Both the position numbers and the translations under genes were made by a program. 64,000 nt of DNA from an uncultured delta proteobacterium (GTDB taxonomy: Bacteria > Desulfobacterota > Binatia > UBA9968): contig CAWJZV010000003.1 in the NCBI GenBank assembly GCA_963847445.1, positions 32,001 to 96,000 of the forward strand, read 5' to 3'. The notes under the pieces are model-generated. The model was not told the origin of the DNA. It did not search any database and worked only from the letters and a program-made list of their open reading frames with translations. Positions 11,414 to 22,523 of this stretch are shown here, piece by piece; position 1 is the first letter of the stretch; each line of letters opens with the position of its first letter.

Positions 11414-12382
11414 TTGGAAATCGCGCTGGAAATTCTCCCCCAGGTTTTGCTCGACGGCATCGTGTTGGGTTTCATGTACGCGCTCATCGCCTTGGGCTAC
11501 ACCATGGTCTATGGGGTGCTGGAGTTCATCAACTTCGCCCATAGCGAAATATTCGTCCTGGGCGCTTTCGTCGGCGTCGAGGTGCTCTTACTGCTGCAGA
11601 GCGCCGGCCTGTTGGCGACGCTGCATCCAGGGGTTATTCTGTTACTTGTCATCGTCACCGGCATGACGATCAGCGGTCTGGCGGCGATGACGCTGGAACG
11701 GATCGCCTACCGGCCGCTCATGGGCGGACCGAGATTGGTGGCGCTGATCTCGGCCATCGGCGCTTCGTTCTTTCTTCAGGACGCCCTGCGTTTGTTCGAA
11801 AGCCTGTGGCGCAACACCTTTTATCTCAATTACCCTAGTCTGGACTTCCTCGATCATAACTTGCCGCTCACGGCGTCGTTGGTCATGCCGGTGAAGTCGT
11901 TGCTGGTGATCGTCACGGCGATCCTGACGCTGTTCGGGCTGCATTTCTTCGTCAACCGCACGCGCATGGGCATGGCGATCCGCGCCGTCGCCCAAGATCC
12001 CGACACCGCATCGCTCATGGGCGTGCCGGTCAATCGCGTCATCGCGCTGACTTTCTTCGTCGGCGGCGCGCTCGGCGGCTTGGCCGGGGTGTTGTTCGGC
12101 ATTCATTACAGTCTGGTCAATCCTTATTCCGGCTTTGTGCCGGGGATGAAGGCCTTCACCGCCGCCGTGCTCGGCGGCATCGGCAATATTCCCGGCGCCA
12201 TGGTCGGCGGCATGCTGCTCGGTCTGCTGGAAGCGTTCGCGGCGTCCTACCTTTCGCTCCTCACCGACGGCGCCTTTGGCGCCGAGTACAAAGACGTGGT
12301 GGCGTTCGTCGTCTTGATCGTGATCTTGATCTTTCGACCCAAGGGTCTGCTCGGCGAGGCGGTGCGGGAGAGCAAGGCATGA
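11414..12382 (+). CDS. livH: Branched-chain amino acid ABC transporter permease
   Basis: YALIALGYTMVYGVLEFINFAH; KAFTAAVLGGIGNIPGA. Confidence 0.93.
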   Translation: MEIALEILPQVLLDGIVLGFMYALIALGYTMVYGVLEFINFAHSEIFVLGAFVGVEVLLLLQSAGLLATLHPGVILLLVIVTGMTISGLAAMTLERIAYRPLMGGPRLVALISAIGASFFLQDALRLFESLWRNTFYLNYPSLDFLDHNLPLTASLVMPVKSLLVIVTAILTLFGLHFFVNRTRMGMAIRAVAQDPDTASLMGVPVNRVIALTFFVGGALGGLAGVLFGIHYSLVNPYSGFVPGMKAFTAAVLGGIGNIPGAMVGGMLLGLLEAFAASYLSLLTDGAFGAEYKDVVAFVVLIVILIFRPKGLLGEAVRESKA

Positions 12383-13626
12383 GCCGGTCACTGGCGGTGC
12401 CCGGACTCTGTCTTTACATCGCGGCGAGCTGCGTGCTCGCCTATTACTTTCCGCAGTCGGTGCTGGCGTTTTTGCTGGTCGAGGCGTCGCTGCTTTTGCT
12501 CTACTATTTCCCGGTAAGCGGCCGGGTGAAAAATCTGCTCGGCGCGCTGATGTTGTTGGTGCTGCTGCCGGTCTTAGGTTTCTCGAATGCTTATTATTTC
12601 GAGATCGCGATTCAGATCGGCATCTTCGTCGCGCTCGCCCTGGGGCTCAACATCGTCGTTGGTTTCGTCGGTTTGCTCAATCTTGGTTTCGTCGCCTTCT
12701 ATGCCATCGGCGCCTATCTATGGGCGGTGTTCGGCTCGCCGCAGGCGAACCACTTCATCGCCGGCGGCTGGTTTCCGTTGTCGCCCAATTGGTTTTTTGT
12801 TTTTCTGATTCTCAGCATTGCCGTCGGCGCCGCCACCGGCGCGCTGTTAGGACTGCCGGTGCTGCGGCTGCGCGGCGATTATCTCGCCATCGTCACGCTC
12901 GGCTTTGCCGAAGTGGTGCGCGCCCTGGTCAACAATTTAGACAAGCCGATCAATCTGACCAACGGACCCAAGGGCATCGCGCCGATCGCCAAACCGCCGC
13001 TGTTTTTTAAGCCGCTGCTGGAATTCTTCGGCGTGCAGGTTGCCGACGCCGCGCTCTATCCGCTGTATTTCTACTTTCTCGTCTTGCTGCTGGTGTTTAC
13101 GATCATTCTCGTTACTCAAAGACTGGAGAACTCGCGCGTCGGCCGGGCCTGGAAAGCGATTCGCGAGGATGAGATCGCCGCATCCGCGATGGGGGTACCC
13201 GTCGTGCGCATGAAGTTATTGGGCTTCGCCGTCGGCGCTTCGTTCGCTTCCGCCGTCGGCGTGTTGTTCGCCGCCAAGCAGGTGTTTATCAATCCCGAGA
13301 GCTTTACCTTCATGGAATCCATCGGTGTGTTGGCTATGGTTATTCTGGGCGGCATGGGCTCGGTGCCCGGTGCGATCCTCGGCGCCACCGGGGTGACGAT
13401 ACTGAATTTGCAATTGCTCAAAGGGCTATCGCTCTGGCTCAATGGCCTGCGTCAATCCGGCGCAGTGTGGTCGATCCCGCTGGTCGGCGATTTGGCGCTG
13501 GCGAACCTGCCGGCGCAGTTCGAGCCGGCCAAATATGAGCGCATGATCTTCGGCCTGATCTTGATCGTCATGATGATCTTCCGTCCCCAGGGGATTCTGC
13601 CGCCCAAGCAGGAACCGAGGAAATAA
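12379..13626 (+). CDS. livM: Branched-chain amino acid ABC transporter permease
   Basis: GLNIVVGFVGLLNLG, LRLRGDYLAIVTLGFAE, AIREDEIAA; ATGA overlap with livH. Confidence 0.93.
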   Translation: MSRSLAVPGLCLYIAASCVLAYYFPQSVLAFLLVEASLLLLYYFPVSGRVKNLLGALMLLVLLPVLGFSNAYYFEIAIQIGIFVALALGLNIVVGFVGLLNLGFVAFYAIGAYLWAVFGSPQANHFIAGGWFPLSPNWFFVFLILSIAVGAATGALLGLPVLRLRGDYLAIVTLGFAEVVRALVNNLDKPINLTNGPKGIAPIAKPPLFFKPLLEFFGVQVADAALYPLYFYFLVLLLVFTIILVTQRLENSRVGRAWKAIREDEIAASAMGVPVVRMKLLGFAVGASFASAVGVLFAAKQVFINPESFTFMESIGVLAMVILGGMGSVPGAILGATGVTILNLQLLKGLSLWLNGLRQSGAVWSIPLVGDLALANLPAQFEPAKYERMIFGLILIVMMIFRPQGILPPKQEPRK

Positions 13627-13632
13627 CCAAGG

Positions 13633-13820
13633 AAAATTCGAAATCCGCAAATGCGCAACAAATCCAAATGACCAAAGACGCAATGTTCCAATCAACCCGA
13701 GCGGATGCCTCGTTTTGGAATTGCTCGGGTTTTGTCTTATTTGGCTGCGGTTTGTTTCGGATGATTCGATATTCGGATTTCGGCATTTTGATTAAAGTAT
13801 GCTTGGCGTCTTTGCGCGAG
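13633..13820. repeat. Intergenic imperfect palindrome (CGAAATCCG...CGGATTTCG type) between livM and livG
   Basis: cgaaatccg 13639 pairs with cggatttcg 13774; aacaaa/tttgtt inner arms; followed by cttggcgtctttgcgcgag. Confidence 0.6.
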
Positions 13821-13870
13821 ATACTTTTATACGACTGCCAGCGGCAAGAAGTGGTAAGTAGGAACTGAAG

Positions 13871-14656
13871 ATGGCACTGCTCGAACTGCGCGACATCTCC
13901 AAACGCTTTGGCGGCCTGCAAGCGCTGTCGCTGGTTAGCATGAAGATCGAAGAGGGGATGATCGCATCGCTCATCGGTCCCAACGGCGCCGGCAAGACGA
14001 CGCTGTTCAATACCCTGACCGGGATCTACCGGCCGGACCAGGGCGAGATTCGTTTCCAAGAACGGTCGTTAATCGGTTTGAAGCCTGAGTCGATTACCGG
14101 CGCGGGGATCAGCCGGACGTTTCAAAATATCCGGCTGTTCGCGCATATGAGCGTGCTCGACAATGTCTTGGTCGGCATGCACACCCGTCTGCACTCGAGC
14201 TTGGCGGATATTTTTCTGGCGTCGAAAAGATTTCATGCCGGCGAAAAGGCGGCGCGCCAGCGCGCCCACGAGCTGATCGAGCTTACCGGCCTCGGCGGCC
14301 GTGAAAACGAATGGGCGCAGCAGCTTTCTTACGGCGAACAGCGCCGCCTGGAAATCGCCCGGGCATTGGCGGCGGCACCGCAGTTGCTTTTGCTCGACGA
14401 GCCGACCGCCGGGATGAACGCCAGCGAGGCGCAGTCGTTGATGGCGCTGTTCAAAGAGCTCATGGGCCGCTACGTCAAGGCGATCCTCTTGATCGAACAT
14501 AACATGCGCGTGGTCATGGGCGTGTCGGACTGCGTCCATGTGCTCGACTACGGCGAGAAGATCGCCGAGGGCAATCCCGACGAAGTACGCCAAGATCCGC
14601 GCGTCATCGAAGCTTATCTGGGAACCGGCGATTGGTTGAAAAATGCTCAACGTTGA
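13871..14656 (+). CDS. livG: BCAA ABC transporter ATP-binding protein
   Basis: GPNGAGKTT, RTFQNIRLF, LSYGEQRRLEIARAL, LLDEP. Confidence 0.93.
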   Translation: MALLELRDISKRFGGLQALSLVSMKIEEGMIASLIGPNGAGKTTLFNTLTGIYRPDQGEIRFQERSLIGLKPESITGAGISRTFQNIRLFAHMSVLDNVLVGMHTRLHSSLADIFLASKRFHAGEKAARQRAHELIELTGLGGRENEWAQQLSYGEQRRLEIARALAAAPQLLLLDEPTAGMNASEAQSLMALFKELMGRYVKAILLIEHNMRVVMGVSDCVHVLDYGEKIAEGNPDEVRQDPRVIEAYLGTGDWLKNAQR

Positions 14657-15345
14657 CGCCATCCACGTCTACTACGACGCGATTCACGCGCTCAAAGGCG
14701 TCTCCTTCAGCGTCGCGCAGGGCGAGTTGGTCACGCTGCTCGGCGGCAACGGCGCGGGCAAGACGACGACGTTGAAGACTCTCTCCGGTCTGCTCCGGCC
14801 GCGTAGCGGCGCGATTAAGCTGGAAGATGAAACGCTCAGCGCCGTGGAGCCCCATGAGATCGTCGGCCGCGGCGTCGCCCATGTGCCCGAGGGACGAAAA
14901 GTTTTTCCCCGCTTCACGGTGCTGGAAAATCTCCAGATCGGCGGCTACACGCGGGCGAAAAACGCGCTTCGGCGCCGAGTTGGATTTCGTCTATCAGATG
15001 TTTCCGCGTTTGAAAGAACGGCAAAAACAATACGCCGGCACGCTGTCCGGCGGCGAGCAGCAGATGCTCGCCATCGGCCGCGCCCTGATGACCAAGCCGA
15101 AGCTGCTTCTACTCGACGAACCGTCCATGGGACTGGCGCCGAAGATCGTCGAGCAAATTCTCGAAAACATCCGAGAGATCAATAAGGCCGGCGTGACCGT
15201 ATTGCTCGTCGAGCAAAACGCCGCCATGGCGCTGGCGATCTCGCACCGCGGTTATGTGCTCGAGACCGGCTCGGTGATTCTCGAAGGCAAGGCGAGCGAG
15301 TTGGCGGGCAATGATCTGGTGCGCCAGGCGTACTTGGGCGGATAG
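14643..15345 (+). CDS. livF: BCAA ABC transporter ATP-binding protein (frameshift near 14970)
   Basis: [18 protein letters not shown]; second frame [27 protein letters not shown]. Confidence 0.9.
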
Positions 15346-15369
15346 CGGCTTATGGGAGGAAAAGGATTT

Positions 15370-15654
15370 AACCACAAAGAGCCTAGCGCGGCTGCGCCGC
15401 AACCGAAAAGAAGATGGCCGCAAAGACGCAAAGAGCGCAAAGAATATCGGGAGTCGTAGGAACGGGTTTGAAACCCGCCCTCTTGGCTTTGGCGCATCGA
15501 GAAATTTGCGCAAGCCGCGCAAACTATCACGGATAGTAGTACAAAGGCGAAGTTTCGGACTCGGAGAGTTGCGCACCTTCGACAGTGCTCAGGGCGATCG
15601 GGCGCAAAGGCGCAGAGAGAATTGGCGCGGTAGGGGCGGGTTTAAACCCGCCCT
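15370..15654. repeat. Composite REP-like cluster
   Basis: Tandem cgcaaag units 15419-15442; two GTAGG(G/A)(G/A)CGGGTTT(G)AAACCCGCCCT palindromes at 15456-15481 and 15630-15654; cttcgacagtgctcagggc at about 15577. Confidence 0.7.
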
Positions 15655-15699
15655 CTTGATCTTTTAACCGAGCCGAATAACCGTTAGAGCTCTAAGACA

Positions 15700-16426
15700 A
15701 TGCAATATCAAACCCGACAGATGAGTTTCGGCGGCGGCAGTGTGACGCCGGCGGTGAAGTTTCTGCTGATCGCCAACGTCGGGATGTTTGTCGTGCAGAC
15801 CGTCATTGGCCTTGGCACGCGACTTCCCGCTGAGCCTTTACCTCGGTCTGGTGCCGCAGTTGGTTCTCAATCAGTTTTACCTCTGGCAGCTGTTTACCTA
15901 CCAGTTTCTCCACGGCGGGCTGTTTCATCTGCTGTTCAACATGCTGGCGCTGTGGATGTTCGGCTGCGATCTGGAGCGGCGCTGGGGCAGCGCAGTTTTT
16001 TCTCAAATATTATTTCGTCACGGTTATCGGCGGCGCCATCTTAAATGTCATTTTCTTGCCCAATCAGCTCGGGCCGAGCATCGGCGCATCCGCCGGTATC
16101 TACGGACTGTTGCTCGCCTACGGGTTGATCTATCCCGGAGCGCATCGTTTATTTTTATTTTCTGTTTCCGATCAAGATGAAACACTTCGTCTGGATCATC
16201 GGCGCCATCGCGGTGTATTCGTCGGTTACTTCGGGCCAAAGCGGCATCGCTCACCTCGCCCATCTCGGCGGCATGGTGTTCGGTTATATCTACCTGCGCG
16301 GCGGCATCAATCCATGGGACCAGTTCAAAGATTTACCTCGACCGCCGCCGTCTCAACCGCCTGAAAAAACGCTTCCAAGTCTTCCCTGGCGGCAAAGACG
16401 ACGACCGCGGGCCGACGGTGCATTGA
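15700..16426 (+). CDS. Rhomboid-family intramembrane serine protease (frameshifted)
   Basis: WQLFTYQFLHGGLFHLLFNMLALWMFG, GASAG catalytic Ser, AHLAHLGG. Confidence 0.88.
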
Positions 16427-16492
16427 AGTAAATCGGCCGCAGACTCATAAGACCGCCGACTTCTCGATAGTTTTGAATCGGGCTCGATCTCA

Positions 16493-17360
16493 CTAGATCT
16501 TCTCCCACGAAATCAGAAACACGCCGACAATCACCAGCACGGTCGCGCCGACTTTTCTCGGCGTGAGTTTCTCGACATCTTTCAGCAGCAGCGCCGACAG
16601 CGGCAGGACGAAGAGCGACGAGCCGTTGATCAGCGGGGAGATCAGCGAGACGCGTTCCATGCTGAGGGCGGTGTAGGCGAAGGCGTAGGAGAGAAAATTC
16701 AGAAAACCGGCGGCGGCGAAGAGCTGGTAGCCTTTGCGGGCGGTGGCTGGCAGGGGCTTTTTTTCTTCGAACAGCAAGTACAACAGCGACATGGTGAGGA
16801 ATGACGTGGTGGCGGCGATGGTGGCGCCGACCAGCGGCGAATAGATTTTCAGCAAGCCGAAGCGGACCATGTTGTCGCGGGCGGCGAAGAGAAAGGCGGC
16901 GGTTAGCGGAAACAGCAGGTCGCGGCTGCGCCAGGTCTTGCTCGTGCCTTTCCAGCTGAGTGAGACGATGCCGACGACGATGGAAAACGTGCCTAACAGA
17001 TTGGTCAGGCTCGGCCGCTCTTGGAGAAACGACACGGCGAACAGGGTGGCGAAGAGCGGCGTGCTGTTGGTCAAACAGGATGTGATCGACGCGCCGAGCC
17101 GTTCCATGCCTTTGAACATGAAAAAGCGCGCGATGCCGGGGACGAAGATGCCGACGAGAACGAAAATCAGATTGGCGGGTAGCCACAGCTCGATGCGGTC
17201 GACAAACAGCCAGATGTAAGAGCCAGAGAAACAGCGCGTTGACGCCCAGGTTGGTGAGCAGGCCGCGAAAGTAATCGATGACCAGAACGCCGCGGTTGAT
17301 CAGCACCATCGATAGGGCGAACCAGAAGGAGGCGAATAAACCGAAGATAATCGCGAGCAT
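16493..17360 (-). CDS. DMT/EamA-family transporter (frameshifted)
   Basis: Two 5-TM repeats across ORFs 16353 and 16493; STPLFATLFAVSFLQE. Confidence 0.8.
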
Positions 17361-17514
17361 GATGGATTGCCGGTGACCTTATCGTGAGGTGGATACGGGT
17401 GCAATTCGGCAAATCTGCCCTGTCGTTGCCGGTCGCCCGTTAAGATGTAGCCTTCTCAACGTCTAACATTTTGCATTGCTACGCCGAAGCCGAGGATGTC
17501 GTAGGGAGGCAGAA

Positions 17515-17937
17515 ATGAAACCGATTCTCAGCGCGATAACGATATTAGCTCTCGGGTTGGTCCTCGCGGGCGAGGTCGGCGCGGGACCGCGGCGAGCGAT
17601 GGTCGCGCCGCGCGCCAACTCTGGCGTAACGTTCTTTGCCGGCGGCGCTTCCAATCGGGTGGTTGTCCAGCGCCAATTTTATGGCGCTTATCCCTATTAT
17701 TCATATTATCAGCCCTATTATCCGCCGGTGGTGGTGATTTCACCTTACGCGCAATCGTACATCCTGCCGCCGACGGTGGTGGTTACTGCGCCGTATTTCT
17801 GCGTGCTGCACAACGAAGGTTATGTCAGCCGGGTCGGCCTGCTCGATCATCTCGCCGGCACCCACAAGATTCCCCTTGATGCGGCGACAAGTCTGTGTCC
17901 TGACGGCGGCGCGAGCTGCATGTTTCCTTCTTATTAG
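17515..17937 (+). CDS. Secreted hypothetical protein, Tyr/Pro-rich with zinc-finger-like C-terminus
   Basis: RBS GGAGG, signal peptide MKPILSAITILALGLVLA, YPYYSYYQPYYPP tract, YFCVLH...HLAGTH. Confidence 0.7.
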   Translation: MKPILSAITILALGLVLAGEVGAGPRRAMVAPRANSGVTFFAGGASNRVVVQRQFYGAYPYYSYYQPYYPPVVVISPYAQSYILPPTVVVTAPYFCVLHNEGYVSRVGLLDHLAGTHKIPLDAATSLCPDGGASCMFPSY

Positions 17938-18033
17938 ATTTCACGGTCGGCAGTTTTGTCATCTGTCGATCCTCAGTGGCGATTGCGGTATAGGTTGAAG
18001 AACGTCTTGTCGTGCAAAGACAACCTCAATCCT

Positions 18034-19420
18034 ATGGACCAACTGCGCGAAAAACTCACGAAGATCATCGAGCCGGAGCGGATCTCGGCGAATGCTGAAT
18101 ATTTGGACGAGCTTTCTTGGGACGCACTGAGTGAAGGCCGTTTCCATCCACACCATCAGCCGGAACTCGCGTCGCCGTTATGCGCGGTGGCGCCGGTTTC
18201 GACTGACGAGGTGCAAAAGCTGGTTCGTTTCGCCAATCAAGAAAAGTTGTCAATCGTGCCGTTCGGCGGCGGCTCGGGATTGATGGGCGGCGCGTTGTCG
18301 ATTCGCCCCGGACTCGTGATCGACTTGCGGCGGATGAACCGTATTTTCGACATCGATAGCGAGTCTCGTTCCGCGCGCGTCCAGGCGGGCGCGGTGCTCG
18401 AAGCCGTCGATCTCGCGCTCAATCAAGCCGGCTTTGATCTTGGGCCATGATCCCTGGACGGTGCCGGTGGCGACTATCGGCGGGGCGATCTCGACCAATA
18501 GTGTCGGTTATCGTGCCGGTATTTACGGCTCCATGGGCGAGCAGGTTCTGGGCTTGGAAGCCGTCATGCCAAACGGCGAGGTCTTGCAGCACCCGGCCGG
18601 TGGCAAAACACTCGGCGGGGTTGAATCTCAATTCGCTCCTCATCGGTGGCGAGGGTTGTTTCGGCATCATCACCGAGGCGACGATTCGCATCTTTCCTGA
18701 AACCTGAGGCGAGGCTGTTTCGCGGCTATCTTTTCGCGATCGTTCGAGCAGGGGTACGGCGCGATTCAGGAAATGTTTCAACGGCGGCTGCGGCCGGCAA
18801 TGCTCGACTTCGGCGACGATGCGGAGAAGCATGGCGGCGCGATTCTTTATTTGGTCTTCGAGGGCAATCAAGAGTTGACCGCAGTCGAGGAGAGAGCAGG
18901 CGGTAGCGCTATGTCACGCCCATGGCGGTAAAGAGCTTGCCCCGCAGCGATGCCGAGCAGTTTTGGCGCGAGCGCCACGAGATCGCCAGGCGGTTTGCGC
19001 GCAATCGCCGCCAGCGGCGCGAGCGCGGCCGGGATGGGATTTATCGCGATTGGATCCATGTCGCGCTGCCGAGTTCGAAAGTCTTGGCTTTCCGCAGCGC
19101 CGCCCAGGAGATCGTCGAGCGCCATGGCGTGCGTTTACAAGAAAGCGGTTTATGGGTGCAGCCGGAACTTTTCTCCATGCGGCTGGGCGCCGAAGATGGC
19201 GCGGTCGCCAATGCGCAGCTGGCGTTGGAGGAGGCGATCGAAGAGCTTTTGCGCTTGGTTCAACAAATCGGCGGTTCGATGGAGTACACCCATGGCGTCG
19301 GCGTCAAACTCGCGCCGCTGATGGCCGAGGAGCATGGCTACGGTTTACAAGTGATGCGCCAGATTAAGACAGACTCTCGATCCCAACAACGTTCTCAATC
19401 CGGGGAAAATGGGCTTGTAG
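18034..19420 (+). CDS. FAD-linked oxidase, GlcD/alkyl-DHAP synthase family (several frameshifts)
   Basis: PFGGGSGLMGG, ATIGGAIST, GGEGCFGIITEAT, HGVG, terminal DPNNVLNPGKMGL. Confidence 0.85.
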
Positions 19421-19538
19421 TTTGACGTTCTCAAGCTGTGGTCAACGTCTAACTTTCAGCGCCAGGGATTTCTTGCGCCGGTCGATTCTAAACGCTATTT
19501 TTTGATTGAAGCTACTCACATCGCCATCAGGGGTGTCT

Positions 19539-20795
19539 ATGAAAAAATGGCTCATGTTGTTTTACGTCGGATTGTTTGTTTGGAGCTGTTCCGCCGCGCC
19601 CTATACCGGCCGCCGTCAGGTGATCTTGGTTTCCGAGGGACAGGAAATCGCGCTCGGTGACGATGCCTACAAACATGTGCTGCGCGATAGCGTGATCACG
19701 CGCAGCCCGGAGGCCGAGCGGATTGTTCGCAAAGTCGGCGAGCGCATCGCCGCGGTGGCGAATAAGCCCGATTACAAGTGGGAGTTCACGGTGATCAACG
19801 ATCCGGAGATGGTCAATGCCTTCGCCGTCCCCGGCGGCAAGGTCGCGGCTTACACCGGGATCTTCGGGCCGGCGCGGGATGAGGCGGGTTTGGCGGTGGT
19901 GCTTGGGCCATGAGGTTGCCCATGCTCTGGCGCGTCATCCCGCCGAGCGCATGAGCCAAGGATGCTCTTGCAATTGGGCGGTGTCGGCCTCGGCGTTGCG
20001 CTGGGAAAAAATCCGGCGATGGCCAATCAAGTTTTGCAGGCCTACGGAATTGTCGGCGGTGTCGGCGTTGCTCTGCCGTTCGGCCGCTCGCAAGAAACCG
20101 AAGCGGATCGCATCGGCTTAATCCTCATGGCCAAGGCGGGTTATGACCCGCGCGTTGCCGTCGACCTGTGGCAGCGCATGGAAAGTCGATGGAAAAGAAG
20201 GATGGCGCCAAGGGCCGGCCGCCAGAGTTTCTTTCGACTCACCCGGGCTACGAAACCCGGGTGCAAAATATTCGTTCGTTCTTGCCGGAAGCTTTGTCGT
20301 ATTATCAGCCGAGCAACGCGCGACTTGAAACCTCTGCCGTCGCCGGAATCATTGGACACGCCGGCGGCCAAGTCCGAGCGTGAACTGCTCAAGCGCATCG
20401 AGGCGATCAATCGCGCCGTTGAGCAGCAGAACGGCGAGCGCGCGGTGGTTGAGGCTTTGGCTTATGAGCTACGGCTGAGTCCACAGTCGACTGGTTCAGG
20501 AGCGGCAGCAGCTCCAGATCGGTTATGGCCAGTACGCGGCGTTGCGCGGTGTGGCGTTTCTTGGCCGCGGTTCACTTAGTCGGGTCGTCGGACGATTATC
20601 AACGTGGCCGGCCATGGTCGGAAATCGCGTCCGACTAACGGCACGCGACTGAACGAACTGATGGTTTGGCTTGGCGATGTGATTCGCACGACTAACAACA
20701 TGGGGCAGCAACTGCAACGGCAACCAGCGCGGCAGATGCTGACGGCTATGGATGCGTTTGGTACCGGAAGAGACGAGCGCGACGAACGTTACTGA
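19539..20795 (+). CDS. M48-family metallopeptidase lipoprotein with C-terminal extension (frameshifted; end uncertain)
   Basis: WSC lipobox, PYTGRRQ, VNAFAVPGGK, HEVAH zinc motif, QETEADRIG, FLSTHP. Confidence 0.85.
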
Positions 20796-20819
20796 GGTTG
20801 CTTGTCGGCACCCATCGCT

Positions 20820-20957
20820 TTGACAAAGGCCGCGATTTTGTATAAGAAATTTCATACTAGGGGATCATCGCCGGAGTGATTAGAAGAGCACTTAAACATA
20901 TTTCCAATAAAATGCATTGCAAGTCTAAACATGCACCCAACTGGGTGCATTTTTTTT
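20820..20957 (+). promoter_or_regulatory. Sigma70-like promoter followed by leader ending in intrinsic terminator, upstream of DUF164 gene
   Basis: TTGACA 20820, TATAAG 20841 (short spacer); hairpin atgcaccc-aact-gggtgcat 20931-20950 followed by T7. Confidence 0.55.
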
Positions 20958-20978
20958 ATCTGAACGGGGGATTCGAAA

Positions 20979-21711
20979 TTGCACGCGCAAATTGAAATCT
21001 TGGCTTCTCTGCAAACCGTCGATCGCGAGATCAAAGAGCAGACCGGATTGAAGCAAGGTCTGCTGAGCGAACTCCAAGCCAAGGAGCGTGACATCCAGGC
21101 CAAACAGAAGGAAGTGGATGCGCTCGATAGCTGCCGCGCCGAGAAAGAGAAAGCTTCGCGCTGAGAAGGACCGGGTGTTTCAGGACGAAGGCTAGGAAGG
21201 CGGTGGACAAGCGCATGCGCATGAATCGCATCAAGAACTCCAAGGAGCTCCAGGCGCTGCAACGGGAGATCGATCTGATGCGCCAGAGCAACGGCGAGCT
21301 CGAAGAGGAACTGATCAAGATCATGCAGGAGATCGACACGATCACGGCGAACAAAACGACCAAGGAAGCCGAGATGGCGGCGCTCCGAGACTCCTGGCAG
21401 AAACAGCAGCAAGAACTTGACGGACAGATCAGTGGCATCGATCAGTCGGTGTCAGAGGCCTCTCGCGGCGCCAAAGCATTGCCGCCAATCTGGCACGCGA
21501 CTTGATCTCGCGCTACGAGCTGATTTTTTCCCGACGTGGCGGCACGGCCGTGGTGGAGATCGCCGGCGGTATCTGCCAGGGCTGCTTCATGAATATCCCA
21601 CCGCAGTTGGGCAATGAGATCATTCGCAGCGAGAAAATTCATCTTTGCCCGAGCTGCCAACGAATCGTTTACGTCAAACCCGTGGAGCTGGAAGAGGCCA
21701 AGTCGGCTTAA
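20979..21711 (+). CDS. Coiled-coil protein with C4 zinc ribbon (DUF164/CT398 family), frameshifted
   Basis: LQTVDREI, KNSKELQALQREID, CQGCFMNIPPQ...CPSCQRIVY. Confidence 0.88.
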
Positions 21712-21884
21712 CCGCTTCGCGATTGAATCCAACAATTTCCCGACTCCTACTGGCGCGCCGAGCGCGCGACCGGTTTGTTGCGTCAGCACGGTTCCTATCG
21801 TATCGTTCATTCGCGGCGGGAATTTAAAGTTGCCGACCGTCTAGCCGATCGCGGCATCGCCGACGCCGCACGAAAACAGAGCGT

Positions 21885-22252
21885 GGGCTAAAGTGGATCA
21901 AGCGATCGCCTGCGCGCGAGCGGAGGAGGAAAGTCCGGACTCCATAGGACAGGGTGGCCGTTAACGACGGCTCCGAGCGATCGGGGGAAAGTACCACAGA
22001 AAACACACCGCCTGCCGCTTCGGCGGCCGGTAAGGTTGAAAAGGCGAGGTAAGAGCTCACCGGTTCGCCAGCGATGGCGAACGCATGGCAAACCCCACCT
22101 GGAGCAAGGCCAAATAGGAGGGTTGGGCGGTCCGCCCATAGCCCTCGGGTAAGGTCGCTCGATCCCTTGAGCAATCAAGGGACTAGATGAATGATCGCTG
22201 TGGCTGCTTTGCCAGCCATTACAGAATCCGGCTTATCGATCCGCTTTAGCCC
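21885..22252 (+). ncRNA. rnpB: RNase P RNA, bacterial type A
   Basis: GAGGAAAGTCCGGACTCC, GGCAAACCCCACCTGGAGCAAGGCCAAATAG, ACAGAATCCGGCTTATCG; terminal pairing gggctaaag/ctttagccc. Confidence 0.97.
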
Positions 22253-22523
22253 ATTTTAATTCACCCGTTCGGTATCATCACGATCAGCTAGACTCCGATC
22301 CAGCTAGCCCCATCTGACGCACGCCAGATGCCGTTTACGGCGCCTTTTGCTGCCGCCTTTTTTTTCCCTTCGAGTGATTTGGGCTGGAGCCGCACCAGAT
22401 CGGGTTCAACCGATTACTTAAACTCTGCGGGGACTTCCATTATCTACCTGTGACGATCAGCAAAGCCAGCAATAGTCAGCGAGAAAAATCCCCATAGAAT
22501 CACTAATGTTTTTCGTTTATTCA

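Noticed and set aside
21824-22178. Minus-strand ORFs over rnpB, and ORFs 53523-54194 over ssrA
   Set aside because: Shadow ORFs of structured RNA genes.
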